From: Geosiphon pyriformis uo1
Lineage: Eukaryota > Fungi > Glomeromycota
Length of the DNA: 64,000 nt
Reading direction: 5' to 3'
Assembly: GCA_016748015.1 (NCBI GenBank)
Contig: JAAOMT010000352.1
Coordinates: 558,001 to 622,000 of the forward strand
Shown: in pieces, positions 12,398 through 26,890 of the stretch
Numbering within the stretch: position 1 is the stretch's first letter
How the letters are laid out: every line of letters starts with the position of its first letter
The notes under the pieces: generated by a model
What the model was told of the DNA's origin: nothing
The model's database searches: none
What the model saw: only the letters and a program-made list of their open reading frames with translations
Translations under genes and position numbers: made by a program

Positions 12398-15300
12398 ATT
12401 TTTTTTTTTATTGTAAGTTTAGCGAGCACAGCCCAATCACTATCTAAATACATAAAATCAAACAAGATTCTAAATTAAATGTGGCTTATGCTTTTTCTAC
12501 ATGTAACTGGATACTTCACCCAGTTAAGACAGCACTACGCACATACAGAATCCATTAAAAGAATACCATTTAAGAAATTAAAGCCCAGACTAGCAAGACA
12601 AGAACACAAACCAAAACACAAATGAATATCCAATCTGATACCAAAGCTGCAGATGACATCAGTAATCCACAAGCTTAACAAACCATTAACTAATGGCACA
12701 ACAGATTCATCACACAGCAAAAGATTATGCTTCTCATAAAAGACTCTCAATTTAGCAGTAGGCAACCAAATATCAGATTGTGATTCTTAGCAAGACTATA
12801 GATTAACTTGACAATTAAGCTGCCACCAGAAGCTGAACCAAGGCACAAAATAACATTAAACATCCAGCTTTTCAATACAAATCCCTTGGTTAACAACATG
12901 TATAGACTACCAGAAGACTCAATTTTACTTAAGAATTGTACTACTCTACTTCTCACAACAGAGTCGCCAGCCATTTTACACTACTCCATACTAATATTTG
13001 ACAATATATTCAGTCTGGTAATGTCATCATGTATACACAAAAACAAGTGATCAGAGTTCTCAACCATTTTACACCTAATGCACACTATGTTAGGATATTT
13101 AGGATTATACAATCTCTTTCTTATAACAACCAGCAGATGATAATACAAAGACTTTATAAGGTAAGACCATAGAAAAGCAGAAAATGAACTGGTATAATCA
13201 GAATAAATTTCACCATCAAAGTGCCAAACATTAAAGGACTTAGATGAATCAACATTGCCAGCAAAACTAATATCAATGATGTCAGCACCAAATCTGGACT
13301 TTCAACTAACAAAATTGATGACTTCAAACAATTTCCTAACAAAATAATGCACATTCTCAGAAACAGGTCTGTTTTTAATATTAAGGAAGTGACATGGCAT
13401 ACTCAGAGACAACACAGACTTAAACAAAGTTACCATATTTGCAAAAAAATCTGCTTGCTCATTCTCAACAATGTCTGAATGTTTTTTGACTTTTTTTCAC
13501 ATGACTAACAAATTTTTTTTTGAAATAGCTTAATGAATATGCTTTTTTTTGATCTAGCATTTGCATCAAAAATCAGGACCAAAACCATCTACATCAAACT
13601 TGCATATATTCAGTGATGTCTAACTGTTTGTAAACAAGGTAATTATACTAGAATTAGGAACACATTTCAATGCTAAAGCAATAGCTTACAGCTCTACCAA
13701 CATAGAGAACAGTAATCCAAGAACTTTTACACCAATACTTGCATTGGCTTTTGGAAAATAAGCTATAGCACTACTATAGGCACCAATAGACCCTAAACTC
13801 TTAACAGAACCATCTGTGTAAACATTAATAGATCCATGCTCAGTGGCAAGCAACTGCTCAGAAACAAAACCAGTATTACAAACAAAATCAGCAGGAGCAG
13901 AACTGGATGCCATAGCCATGTCATTGCTCAAACCACCATTCTTGATAAAGTTGGCAATAAAAACAAACCAGGTAGGAATTGGACCTCTAGAGTCAAGTTT
14001 TTTCTATCTGCAAAAAGTGTTCAAAGTAAAACACATGTCATGATGATTCAACAGTTGGTTGGCAAAAACAAGGCCATATTTTCTGAGAGAATTCCTCACA
14101 CTCAAATAACCATTCATGTTTAGCACATTCAGGATTGGTACACCAGTCTCAGCCTTAAAAATGTTAAGAAGCATACCACTTAAGAAAGTGTTGCACAAAG
14201 TGAAAGCATGCATAGCACCAGCTAAAAAACAATTTAGAGGACAAATAAGTAACGTGACTGAAAAACAGAGAGGGTATTGGGACATCCAGCTGGCTGCCTG
14301 TAAGTCTATCACCCTGTAGTCAAAAAACCTGCCAAGAGTCCTACCAGTATTGCTAAAATTAACCAGGTTGGCCATCAAATTTTCAGTAAGCATCTGCTTA
14401 AAAGACTTCAGGCCATACAACTCAGAATGATGCAGTGCTACACTAGGAAAGTCTTTAGGTAAATTTGCCTTGAACTTAAGTCTTTTTCTCAATAACTTGT
14501 TTCATTTTTCACAAACACTCTTAAAAGCAAAGCTAAATTGAAGCCTGTAGCAAACAATAGGCTGCAAAACAGCAAAAACTAGATACAAAAATTGTTTCTT
14601 AGTAATAGTTTTCCTCAAAACCACATTTGAAAAAAATTTGGCATTGGCATGGGCTTTAGTTAAACTTGGCTTGGACAAGCTCTCAGTAGACAAAAAAATT
14701 CCCAAATAATGATAAGATTCACTCTTTTTAGCCACAGAAATCCTTGACCCACTAATAGATAGTTCTGCCTTCTAGACATTTTGGTTAATAGGAATGGCAA
14801 CAGTCTTATCAGTATTAATTGAAATATCATTAATAGAAAAAAACTTACTAGCTATGTTTAAAATGTTTTGTGTTGTTATTAAGCAGTTCCTAACTCAAAT
14901 TGTGTCATTAACAAAAACACCTGCAGTGAAGAATAAAGTATTGTCACTACTCAGATCAGACTTATTAAACTTAGTATAGAACTTCGAACACATTCTGTAG
15001 TTATATAAATGTTCATGTTTTTTGACTTTACAGAGCAATAGGTTATAAAAAATTTGCCACAGCAGTGGTGAAAACACCTCTCCTTGATCTAGACTATCAT
15101 GCACAATATAGCCATCAGACAGACCAAAATTTGTCATAACTTGATTAAATCTATCATTGTGTATATCACCAAAGAAGCTTATAAAGCAAAAGCACATTTT
15201 GATCCTGACTAAACTGTTATATAAATGGGTCCAACTGATAGAATCATATGTTTTGTACATGTTTTGAAGAACTAACCATAACTTTTTATTCTTCTCCAAA

Positions 15301-16366
15301 GTGTCTTCAACAATTGAGCCAATGGCAAAAATGGAGGATTGCATAGAAATGTTCTTTAACACTAAAAAGTTGTTACTATGCAAAACATTATACCTGCTGC
15401 AAGCCAAAGAGATTTCGTCTAAAAAAATCTTAGACAAAATCTTTTGTGCAGTCTTAACCAGTGCTATCAGCCTAGTGTTGGTAAAAGTACTTTTTCAATT
15501 ATATGGTTTAGGAATTATGGAAACTCAAGATTTCTTTTACTGTATAAGAATCCCACCAGATTTTAAACACCCATTGAAAATGCTCAAAAGACTATTGAGA
15601 ACTAAAAAATCATTATGCTTCCAGAGTTTGTTGGAAATTCCAAAAAGCTCAGCAGCTTTATCATCAGGCAAGTTCTTGACAATCTTCAAAAGTTCATCCA
15701 AACTAATACTACATATAACCCCTAAGAATATATCATCATCAACATAATCTAAGGGAGCATATAAAATAAGCCACCAATTTGAGAGAACACCAGAGACCAA
15801 GCATTTTCTCGTCTAATCTTCTATTATAATATTAACCAAAGATTTGACAGCCTAAGATTCTAAGATAAGCTTATCATCAATAATCAAATAATTAAAAACC
15901 ACTTTCCTGAAGGGCCTATTCAGAATGCTTTTTATCATCCTCCCCTTATCTGAGCAGAAATTTTTCATATGCTTTGCCACAGTCACTCTAATGGACTTAT
16001 CTCTAACAATTCTAAATTCATAATATTTGGACCTGCAGTAGTCTTTTTTGACAACTGAAATGTGATGTACAATATCTTCAATTCTAGTGCCTTCATCAAT
16101 CATAATTCAAATCTTGGATGCCCTTTCATTATCTATGCTTACCCAAGTACCAACAAAATAGTTAGTCTCCAAACTCAGACCAGTCTTCATACTATTAACA
16201 ATCTTGGACATTAGCAACTCTAACTCATAAAGTTTTGAAGAAGTCTTGTTCCCCACACTATTGAATTCATTAAACCAGAGTCTAGAGAAGATTTCATCAG
16301 CAAAATTATTTATTACTTCTTTAAGAATGTTCCACATAGCATCCAAATTACCATTATGTTTTGCAT
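12398..16366 (-). mobile_element. LINE-b, 3' segment (poly(A), 3' UTR, ORF2 RT-RNase H-zinc finger)
   Basis: QGEVFSPLLW, FVNDT, YHYLG, YTDGS motifs; poly(T) on + strand at 12398-12409; ends at the LTR insertion at 16367. Confidence 0.9.
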
Positions 16367-17335
16367 TGTTACCAATAGAATTTAGCTATTAATTAGCATA
16401 AAATTACCCTCATAATTCTTATTATTAATTAGCATACATTATTATTTATTTCGATTATCACTTATTATTTAATTAAATTATCAAATATTATTATTTAATC
16501 AATAATCCAATTTGTATTCTAGAAATTAAGATGATCAAATTACACAATACCCTGAACTATTTAACATAGTCAAAATTCGCCAAAATTAATGGAAAATGGC
16601 CGAAATAATCAATAGTTCAGTAAAATAACTTGTAGTTTACCAAAATGTATCTTTAGTTCACCCAAATTGTAGCAAAAAGAAAAGTGCAAGTTTAAAGACT
16701 AGTACTACAGCAAGTTGTATAAAAGAAAAGCTTCTCTCTTCAAGAAAATATATCTTTTCATAGTATTTTATTATAGTACTTTACTTTAGATATCTTAATT
16801 AGAACAAATTATCTTTTACACATTCAAATAAAAATTAAATATTCGAAAACCAAATCCTTTAAATTATTACACTTGAAATTTTCTCAACACAACTAACATT
16901 TCGAAATTGATTAGCTACCAATTTCAGTAATCTGTTAGTGACTCTAGGCCTGGATAGAAAACGCTTCCCTTGTTAAAATTCTATTTCTTTTATATTTCTT
17001 TTATTTTTATTTTTTTTCTTATCATAATTATTAGGGTAGCCTACAAACAAAATTCCTGTAGAAGAGTTGACTTTCATAGCAAATAACTACACATTTTAGT
17101 GAGCTTCCAGATAAGCAATCCCTGAGAAAGAGTTGATGTTTACTACAATGTAACTACACAAAGTAACTGACATGAAATTGGCCATTTTACTTATAAGTTC
17201 AGCAGTTCAAATTATAGGAGATAATTTGAAAATAAATTCAGTTACTGGAGGTCCAACTACTTCCTAAAAACGTGAATTCACAACAAATCAACATTAACAA
17301 TATTTAAGAAAAGAGACCAAAAACCTCTGGTAATA
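16367..17335 (+). repeat. Element A 5' LTR
   Basis: Direct repeat of 25289-26081 + 46061-46220; followed by PBS-like ttTGGTGCT. Confidence 0.92.
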
Positions 17336-17349
17336 TTTGGTGCTTTTTC

Positions 17350-20300
17350 ACAGAAATAACACAGTAATAATAACTTCAAAGTGGCAACCACATCAGACAC
17401 AACAACTCTAAAGTATTATTAGTTAATTTACACTTATTGCAAGCAGAGATTCAACATTTCAGACGGAATTGAAATTGTTAAGAAGACACTTTACCAGTAT
17501 ATTGAAAACTGCATCAACAATTATTTTCTTGAAAATTACAACATTTTAGAAGTTAGAAGCAACCTTTACAATAATTTAGTACACTATTTACAGTTGAGAA
17601 TTGAAGACCTTAACAGTGAAACACTTGCTACTTACTTTCAAGAACTTAATTTTAACATTATTAAGTATTGTGAAAAAACATATTCAGTACAGTTTAAATA
17701 TTTTATTGACTTTAAATCAGAGACAAAAACAAGCAACAAAGGCAAACAAAAACTAAAACAACACTTAAGTATCTTAAATACTCCAAAGACACCAAAAACA
17801 ACTGCCAAACACTTACAAACATCTGAACAAAGAACCAGTGTCAAATTACCACTTTCTATTACACCATTTTCAATTTTACTTGCTCAACCACAAACACCAA
17901 ATTTACTATTTAACTATTTCTCCAGACCAGAAGATTATTAGTCACCTAGAAATCCTACTCAACAACAAGAACCCATATTAACAAGCACCAATATTATTGA
18001 TTACTTATAGGAAAATGAAAGTAATCATTCAGAAAACTTGAAAAGTAAAGAAACTGAATTAGAACAAGAAAAAACTACAGAAAACAAAGAAAAAATAGCA
18101 ACTGCTTATATTGCAAAAATTCCAGAATTTACTGGTGAAAATAATGATATCAGCCCTCAAGAATAGCTTGACAAAGTTCAGAAAGCAGGAGATGCAAATG
18201 GTTGGAATGCAGCAAGAATGCTTAAAGCAATTCCATACTTTCTTTAAGAAACTGCAGAAGAATGGTTTGAAAACTTAGAAGAACCATTTGGAAACTGGCA
18301 AGCATTCAAAAATGCTTTCTTATAAAAGTTTACTAACAACAACATCTCTATTACTCTCCACAATTGCTTTTGCAATATCAAACAAGAAACATCTGAAACT
18401 GTCATAATCTATCTTGAGAGATTCAACAAACTTTTTTGACGAATTCAACAATTAAAAACCAATGAATACTATTCCAATGCCCAGATTTTAGATCAGTTTA
18501 TAGTAGGATTAAAAGACAAATTAATCAAGAAAGTTCACTCACATGTCCCAAAAAACTTGGCAATAGTCATTAGACATGTAAAGAGCTATAAAATAACAAT
18601 AAAAGAAGCAAACCACACCAAACTTGTTAATCTAGCTATTGAAGAAACCAGCTCAACAGCTGAAAAGAAAATAGATCAACTCACAAAGAAAGTTGAAAAC
18701 TATTTTACAAACCAACAACAACAGCAGCAACCACAAAGATACCAACCATCACAACAACACAACCAAAACAATTTTGAATTACCATCCAACAACCAATCTC
18801 AAAATTGTCATTATTGTGGAATCTCAGGACACTGGAAATGAGATTGCAAGAAATTGCAAAGAGATCAACAAAACAGAAGTAATCAATATTACTCTTCATT
18901 ACAACAAACTTATTACCAATCTCCACCACCAACTTATTACCCACCAAGACCACAAAATCAAAACAATTACTATCAACCAGCTCCACAACCAATGCAGTAA
19001 CAATATTAGCAACTTTTGCCAATTCAGCAAAATCAAACACCATCCACTCAACAATATCAAGTACCAGCCAGAAGATTGGTCCAACAAAACCAATTTACAC
19101 TACAAAACTGTTTCTTAACAAACCACAACAAATTTAACCCCAATAATCAACTAGTTTCTCGAAATTTTGTTTAACAAAGACCCACTCAGTTTTACACTCA
19201 ACCCAGTTATTTAAAAATGCAAGAAGAATTAGATTTTTAACAAACTGCACTTTCTGAAAGTGAAGTTGTAGCACCAAGATTAAACCCTTTCAACAATATT
19301 ATCCCACCAGCCCAAATTGCACAAAATGCCAATCTTTCAGATATATTCTCATTCAAATTTGAAGCAAATGAATCACCATTCTTGCTTAGCAATGCAGCAG
19401 TCAATGAGCAAAAAGCTATCACTGCCATGTACACTGAAGCTACAGTAGAAAGAAAACCTATTTGATTAATTCTAGACAGTGGATCCGCTGGAAGTATTAT
19501 TACTTACCAATTAATACAACAACTCAATCAAAATGTTGACAGACCAGCCCAAGCAGTAATTGTTATAGCAGATGGTATGAAAAAGACACCAGTAGGAGAA
19601 ATTGACAACTTCCTATTCACTATTGATAGAATCACTATTTCAGTTAAAGTTCTAGTCATGGATGCACCCCAATACCAAGCTTTTATGGAAAATGATTGGT
19701 TTCTTAAAGCCAATGCAAACTTAAACTGGGAAACTCAGAAACTAAAAATCTTATACCAAGGACAATACACCATAGTATCTGTTATTTATGATACTTTTAA
19801 CAAACAATCAAAAAAGCCCCAGTATTCAAATTCGAAGAAAAGAAAAAAATGCCATTCACTGAAACCTATATGGCCTTTGGATCAACATCCAATTGGGCTG
19901 AGGAAACAGAACAAGAAATTTTTGAAAAAACAAAAGGATGGAAGAAAATTTAGTATTCTATACCAGAACCATGAAAAGAACCATCATACATCTCACTAAA
20001 ATGCAAAGATTGCAAAAAAAAGCTTTTATCTATAAAAGCCTGTATTTTCTCAAAAGAGGAATATGAAACTCACATCTGCTACTTCTATAAAGCATGTTAT
20101 AGAGAATGATTTGGATCCCCAAAAAAAAGTGAAAAATAGGACAACACATCTTATCTTACATGTGGAGATATGTTACCTAAAGAATGCAACTGGATTGATG
20201 TTGCAATAAAAGGAGGAGTATGTGATCAAACCTGTCAATATGCTCTATCAATTTCAGAAAAAGTCAAAAAAGAAACACTATTTGATGCAGCATACAACAG

Positions 20301-22998
20301 TGCTCTCAATAAACTCTACCACTACTCTCATGATGCTAAAATGATTTTTAACTTAGCAATGGCATTAATTAATAGAGCCACCCAAGAAGATGTCTGCCAA
20401 ATAAAAGAAGCTGAATACATTGAGTATATTATAGAATTAGCTGGATTTGATTATGAAGATAAAGCAGAAACCTACCACCAAATTGCAAGTCATATATATC
20501 CAACCAAAGAAGCTTAAATTCAACAATTAAAGCAAATAAACATTCAATTATGGAAAGAATGCATTATGCCTTGTAATAACCAATGGTGTTTAGAATACTA
20601 TGCTTTTAACATTCCCCTACCAAATGAGAATGATGAAAATGAAATCGAATTTAGAGTATCTGAACTGGTAGAAAAACTATCAACCACTCCTATCTACTTT
20701 TTTAAAAATCAACCACCCCTACAACTTAAATATTTTGACAACCATAGTCAAGAGATCAGACCAAAAAAAGCACACAAAATTGATGTTAGATATGATTTAA
20801 AATACTCAGGAAAAGATACTTTGGTTGGAGAACCAAAGTCCTTAACAAAAATTAATCTAAAAATCACTCTTGAAATTTTACCTAGAGCAATAATTCAAAT
20901 TGCATCCAAATTATCATTGGCAAACAAAGAAATTAATTTTAAAAGAAGAGTCATAAATGCAGAATATACTGGAAACATTACCATTATGTTGCAGAATGAA
21001 ACAGACAAATCATTCAGAATTGAACATGCTGAAAAAATTGCCCAAGCAATTTACCTACCCTTAATCAACATTTCGGGTTTACAATCAGTTAACAACAGAG
21101 AACAATTGGGAAAAAGTGAAAGAAAAATGCAAGGTTTTGGTTCAATTGAACAATTTACAGTACCAGTAAACATAGCTCTCAATGCACAGAATGAATTCCA
21201 CCAGATTTTTCAACTTCTTCAACCAATTATCATTTCATTTTTTAAAGAACATCAAGAAATTTACACTTGCTCAAAACCCACCACTACCCAATAAATCTTT
21301 GAATCCAATAAACAAATCTGTTTGAAGCATGAAATCTCAATCCCAAATGTTTATATTCCCAAAAGAATAAAAAAATTTTGAGTTACATTCTACAACCCCA
21401 ACAATTACCTTATTGTCTTATTAAACAAATTAGAAATTAGAATCATACACAGCAATATCTTCTAAGATAAAAACCCTTAAATTGTCTCTAATTTCATCGA
21501 AATTATAAGACATACACTACTTCTAAATCCAAATATCATTCCTACTACTGAAAACTACTATCTTTTGGAAGAAAAACTTTCTCGAATAAATATGGGTCCC
21601 TTAGAATCCCAACAACAAAGACAATTAAAACAGCTAATAGCTGAATTTGCAAATATATTTGCAAAAAACAACAATGACCTTAGAAAAACTGACATTGTTC
21701 AACACCAGATCCACACAGGAGATGCTCCACCAAAACAACAACAAACTTATCAAGTTCCACCTGCTAGCTACCAATTTATCAGAGAAGAGGTTCAAAGAAT
21801 GCTCAATAACGAATTGATTCAATCATTAAAAAGTTCTTGGGCCTCACCAATAGTTCTTGTTAAAAAGAAAAACAGAAAAATCAAATTCTGTGTAAATTAT
21901 TATCAGCTCAACAGCATCACAATTGGAGATGCTTACCCTTTTTCAAGAATTGATGATATGTTAGATGTTTTAGGAAAAGCCAAGTTCTTTTCAACTTTAG
22001 ACTTGAAAAGTGGATACTAACAAGTCAAAATAGATCCAAAAGATCGACTTAAAACAGCATTTACCACTCAAGGAGAAAACTATGAGTTCAATATTATGCT
22101 TTTTGAACTCTGCAATACACAAACAACATTCCAATGACTCATGGATGTTGTATATGAAGAACTCTTGTGGCAATTAGTAATTGTCTATCTTAATAACACT
22201 AATGTGTATTTACCAAGCTTTGAAGTTCATCTCATTCACTTATGAAAAGTTTTTCAATGATTACAGAAAGCAGGATTAAAGTTGAACATTGAAAAATGTT
22301 ATTTTGGAAAAACAAGTTTAATTTTTCTTGAACACATTGTTAGTAAAGATAGAGTCAAACCAAATTCTGGAACAATCAGTACTGTTAAAAACTTTTAAAC
22401 ACTCAAAAATACCACAGAGCTATAAAAATTTGTAGAATTAGCCTCATATTATCAGAAATTTATCAAAGAATTCTCAGAAATTGCCAAACTACTCAATTAT
22501 TTTACCAACAAAAATGTGCTATACAAATGGACTGAAGAACAACAGAAAACTTCTGAAATCCTCAAAACAAAATTAACAACAGCCCCAGTTTTTGCTTATC
22601 CAGACTTCAACAAATAATTTCAACTAGTTACTGATGCTTTACACATAGCATTTGGTGCCATCTTATCACAATTAGATGAAAATGGCCAAGAACAAGTCAT
22701 TATCTATGCCAATAGAACACTCAAGCCATCAGAACTCAAATATGGTTCAACTGAATTAGAAGCAGCCACAGTCATTTGGACTATTAAACATTTTCAACAA
22801 TACCTAAAAAATGGAAAAGAATTTGACATTATAACTAACAATATTGGCCTCAAATGGCTCAATAAAAAGAAAATAGAGCAAAGTGCCAAACAGTCTCAAT
22901 GGAATGATTTCCTAGCAGACTACAAATATATTATATACCACAAACCAGGAAAACTACACACCAATGTTAATAGTCTCTTAAAAATAAGACAAAATTAA
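17350..22998 (+). pseudogene. Element A polyprotein: Gag - protease - Cys-rich region - dUTPase - RT - RNase H
   Basis: Gag CA (IAKIPEFTGE), CHYCGISGHWKxDC, LILDSGS, dUTPase ~20750-21150, WASPIVLVKKK, LDLKSGY, YLNN (from YLDD), RNase H ending in TAA 22996-22998. Start approximate. Confidence 0.88.
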
Positions 22999-23053
22999 CA
23001 CCACTAACAATTCTACTACAACTTACCACTACCAACAAAACAACAAAACAACA

Positions 23054-24439
23054 ATGGATCCCAGAAATTACAACAATCTTAAAAACTATTTGGAGACTTT
23101 TACCATGTTAAAAAGTTGGTTTTCAAGTGAAAAACATCGATTACAATACCAATTCAAACAATATTTTATACATCACAACAAAATTTATTACAAAAATTGT
23201 AAAAACCCAAACCAATCACTTAGATTAGTACAGAAAAATAAAAAAAAAACAATCCTATACAACATGTACACAGATCTATCTTTAGCACACTTGGGAAGAG
23301 ATGAAACAATCCAAAGAACCCTTGAACATTATTTTTGGCTCTACATGCAAAAAAACATTTGACAATATGTAGAATCTTGTGATAGTTGTTAAAGAAGAGA
23401 AGAAACTTGCCCCACAGAACCTTTAAATCCAATCAAAGTTGGACAACCTTTTAACAAAGTTGGAATTAATTTAGTCGAACCATTACTTATCACAACCCAA
23501 GGAAATTGTTATATTGCAGTTGCAGTAGATTATCTTACCAAATGGCCTGAAGCTAGAGTCATCCAAAGAGCAGATGCAAAATCAGTAGCAAATTTTATCT
23601 ATAAAGACATTATTTGTAGACATGAATGCTCAATTGAACTCTTATCAGATCAAGAAACACATTTTGTGAACAACTTAATACAAGAAATTTGTGAACAATT
23701 CAATGTCAAAAGATTTTTATCATTATCTTATTATCTTCAAACAAATGGACTTGTAGAATGTTTCAACAGAACATTGTGTGAATCTTTAGCCAAAGTCTCA
23801 ACAGATTTTGAGCAGGAATGAGATATCTTTATTCCATCAGTGTTACTAGCATACAGAACTCTAAAACAAGATACTATGAAGCACACACTATTTGATCTTA
23901 CTTATGGAAGAACAGCAACATTACCAATTAATTTTACAGTGGAAACATACCCAGTGCAACCAATCAATAAAAAAAACTTTCAAGAAATACTCCAAAGAAA
24001 AGCTTACATACTCCTTAGTACATTGAAAGAAAAAAGACACATAGCAGCCTCTCATATTGAACACTCTCAAGCCTTACAAAAAGAAAAACATGACAACAAA
24101 TTGCCACCAGTTACCAACAAATTTAAAGTTGAAAATAAAGTTCTCCTACACAGAACTAAAACTGAAAAACAATGGAGTGGAAAATTTGAACATAAATGGG
24201 ATGGACCATTTTATATTCACAAAATTCTAGATAATAGATTATACAAGTTAAGACTTAATGACAAAGTACTAGTAAAAGTTGCACATGGAGATAGATTAAA
24301 ACACTATTATTCCAGAAACAATTTTGAACTATTAATTTCACAAATTAGTACACATTTCTCTTTAGTTAATCCTGAAGATATTTTCCGAAATCTAGAACCA
24401 ATAATTATAATAAAACAACAATCAAACTTGAATACTTAA
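23054..24439 (+). pseudogene. Element A integrase, separate ATG-initiated ORF
   Basis: MDPRNY start, zinc-binding H..C-x2-C region, DYLTKWPEA, QTNGLVE, WDGPF (GPY/F) domain; no chromodomain seen. Confidence 0.88.
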
Positions 24440-24600
24440 TTTAACATTTTTATAATAATCTCTTCTAAAATATACAAACATAAAAACAAAAATAGTAAAT
24501 AACTACAAGAAATACTTAAACCCAAAAACAAATAAAAACCCTATACCCAAAAATAATATTCTTTATTTTTTCCTTCTTTATTAATTAGTCAATTTTTATT

Positions 24601-25314
24601 ATAATTATTCCCCAAAATATCTAACAAATATTCCAAAAATTAATGTTAGCTTTGAAAACACTTCCTGACTTATCTATAACGATTAATAGAAGTCAAATTA
24701 ATTACATTCAGAAAGAAATCACAGTTCCAGTAGTAAATAATTCTCAGAACTATTACTTCTATAGAAGAAAAACAAAAGGTCACTCTGAAAATAGGTTACC
24801 AGAACTTTTGAAGCAAGCATTGAAAGAAAATCTTTTAATTGCCCTTATTGACATTCCACCAAGTGCCACAATGCAACAAAAACTTTTACTATTTCTTAAT
24901 AAACAGAACAATGAACATACTCTTATATATAGATATTTTCATATTGGAAAAACACTTTATGAATGAAAACTAGAACTTGAAACAACCAACATTACTCTTG
25001 AGGCTATACAAAAACAAATTCACAATGAATTCAAGACAGCAGCTAGACCAACAAACACTCGTTACAAACTTAGAGCAGTATTTAGACTCTATGATTTATT
25101 CAACACTTGTGAAAATGTCCTACAAAACCTAATACTCTATCCAATGAAGATTCAATACATTGGGAAGCTCACAGAACTGAAATTTCAACAATTTTCAGAC
25201 CAGATCACTTCAATTATTTTGGACCACTATTTTAATATTACAGATAGTGCTTGGACTTTGATGGAGCTCAGTCTTAAGGAAAAGATTATGTTACCAGTAG
25301 AATTTAGCTATTAA
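24601..25314 (+). pseudogene. Element A ORF3, unknown ~237-aa protein overlapping PPT and 3' LTR
   Basis: One frame from ~24601 to TAA 25314 with only two internal stops (TAA ~24622, TGA 24964), both explicable by C>T; homologous to ORF3 of B and C. Confidence 0.75.
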
Positions 25315-26081
25315 TTAGCATAAAATTATCCTCATAATTTCTATTATTAATTAGCATACATTATTATTTATTTTGATTATCAAATATTATTACTCAATCA
25401 ATAATCCGATTTGTACTCTAGAAATTAAGATAATCAAATTACACAATACTCTGAACCATTTAACATAGTCAAAATTTGCCGAAATTAATAGAAAATGGCC
25501 GAAATAATTAATAGTTCAGTAAAATAACTTGTAATTCACTAAAATGTATCTTTAGTTTACCCAAATTGTAGCAAAAAAAAAAGTGCAAGTTCAAAGACTA
25601 GTATTACAGCAAGTTGTATAAAAAAAGAGCTTCTCTTTTCAAGAAAATGTATCTTCTCATAGTACTTTACTATAGTATCTTACTTTAGATATCTTAATTG
25701 AAACAAATTATCTTTTTACAAAATTAAATAAAAATTAAATATTTGAAAACCAAATCTTTTAAATTATTACACTTGAAATTCCCTCAACACAACTAACATT
25801 TTTGAAATTAATTAGCTACCAATTTCAGTAATCTGTTAGTGACTCCAGGCCTGAACAGAAAACGTTTTCTTTGACAGAATTCTATTTCTTTTACATTTCT
25901 TTTATTTTTCTTTCTTTTCTTATCATAATTATTAGGGATAGCCTACAGATGAGATTCTTGTAAAAAAGTTGACTTTCATAGCAAAGTAACTACACATTTT
26001 TTTAGTGAGCTTTTAGACAAGCAATTCTTGGGAAAAAGTTGACATTTACTACAACATAACTACACAAAGTAACTGGCATGG
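25289..26081 (+). repeat. Element A 3' LTR, left part (interrupted by B)
   Basis: Matches the 5' LTR; preceded by PPT aaggaaaaga. Confidence 0.9.
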
Positions 26082-26871
26082 TGTTATTCATAAAAAAAAA
26101 CATATATAGAAAAATAGGAGACCAATAAGTGAATAGTATTTAGCATGTGAGCACATTGCTCAGCAATGTAGAGCAATGTTAGAAATCATGGCACATTGCT
26201 TAAAAAAATCATAGCACATCACTCAAAAATGTGAGCAATCTCATAAAACATCAATTATGTATATATAGCAGTAGTGTCAGAAATAAAAAAAGCAGAATCC
26301 TTCTATTAAAGACCTCCCAGTTTAGATTTCATCTAAACAACCTTCCAATTCACAAATATTAACAAATAATTATTCACTATCTCAATTCACTCTTTACTAT
26401 CAACATGAAGTGTTGATAGTAATTGATACTTAACCATGCTAAAACAATAGCTCTTGATCATAGCTATTGATGGGATACTAACTTGCAATTGCTTTTACTT
26501 GTTCTTTTATTTTCTTTTATTTTTTTTTGTTATTTTCTTTGGTTTTACTAAATTGATTAAGGATTAAGCACTGAGATACAGACATCATAAGAACTGGTAA
26601 AAGATCTGTGAAACAAGAGTAGAACACTTATAGATTTAAGGATAGCTTACTAGGAAAATTACCAGCCACCATGCTGAGAAAAAAATTTGACAGAATTGCA
26701 ATTCTGAGAGGCTACTGAAAACAACTATTAAATCTCTGTTTATTATACAAAAAACTCTGCAACAAATCTTCAGATCAACAAAACCTTCAAATATCAACAC
26801 TAGAATACCAATTAAGTACCAAGTTACAAATTTGTTATTTGATTTGAGATCCCAAATAATCATCTGTAACA
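26082..26871 (+). repeat. Element B 5' LTR
   Basis: TGTTA...GTAACA; direct repeat of 45256-46056. Confidence 0.92.
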
Positions 26872-26873
26872 TT

Positions 26874-26890
26874 TAGTGCTCCCTGTGAGG
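26874..26890 (+). promoter_or_regulatory. Primer-binding site (consensus TGGTGCTCCCTGTGAGG), possibly tRNA-Ile(UAU)
   Basis: 2 nt after the LTR end; related motifs at 39306-39322 (-), ~58378 and ~63820. tRNA identity is from recalled similarity only. Confidence 0.65.

Noticed and set aside
12385-12400. TSD for LINE-b (tttaaaaaaaat versus ~49937-49950)
   Set aside because: Too low-complexity to support.
5602-15747. Plus-strand ORFs over the LINEs, and other antisense ORFs over the LTR elements
   Set aside because: Shadow ORFs opposite TE coding regions with no motifs.
24300-24439. Chromodomain at the integrase C-terminus
   Set aside because: The tail after the GPF domain is short and lacks the chromodomain aromatic pattern.
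24601-25314. ORF3 as envelope protein
   Set aside because: No signal peptide, transmembrane segment or furin/fusion motif visible.
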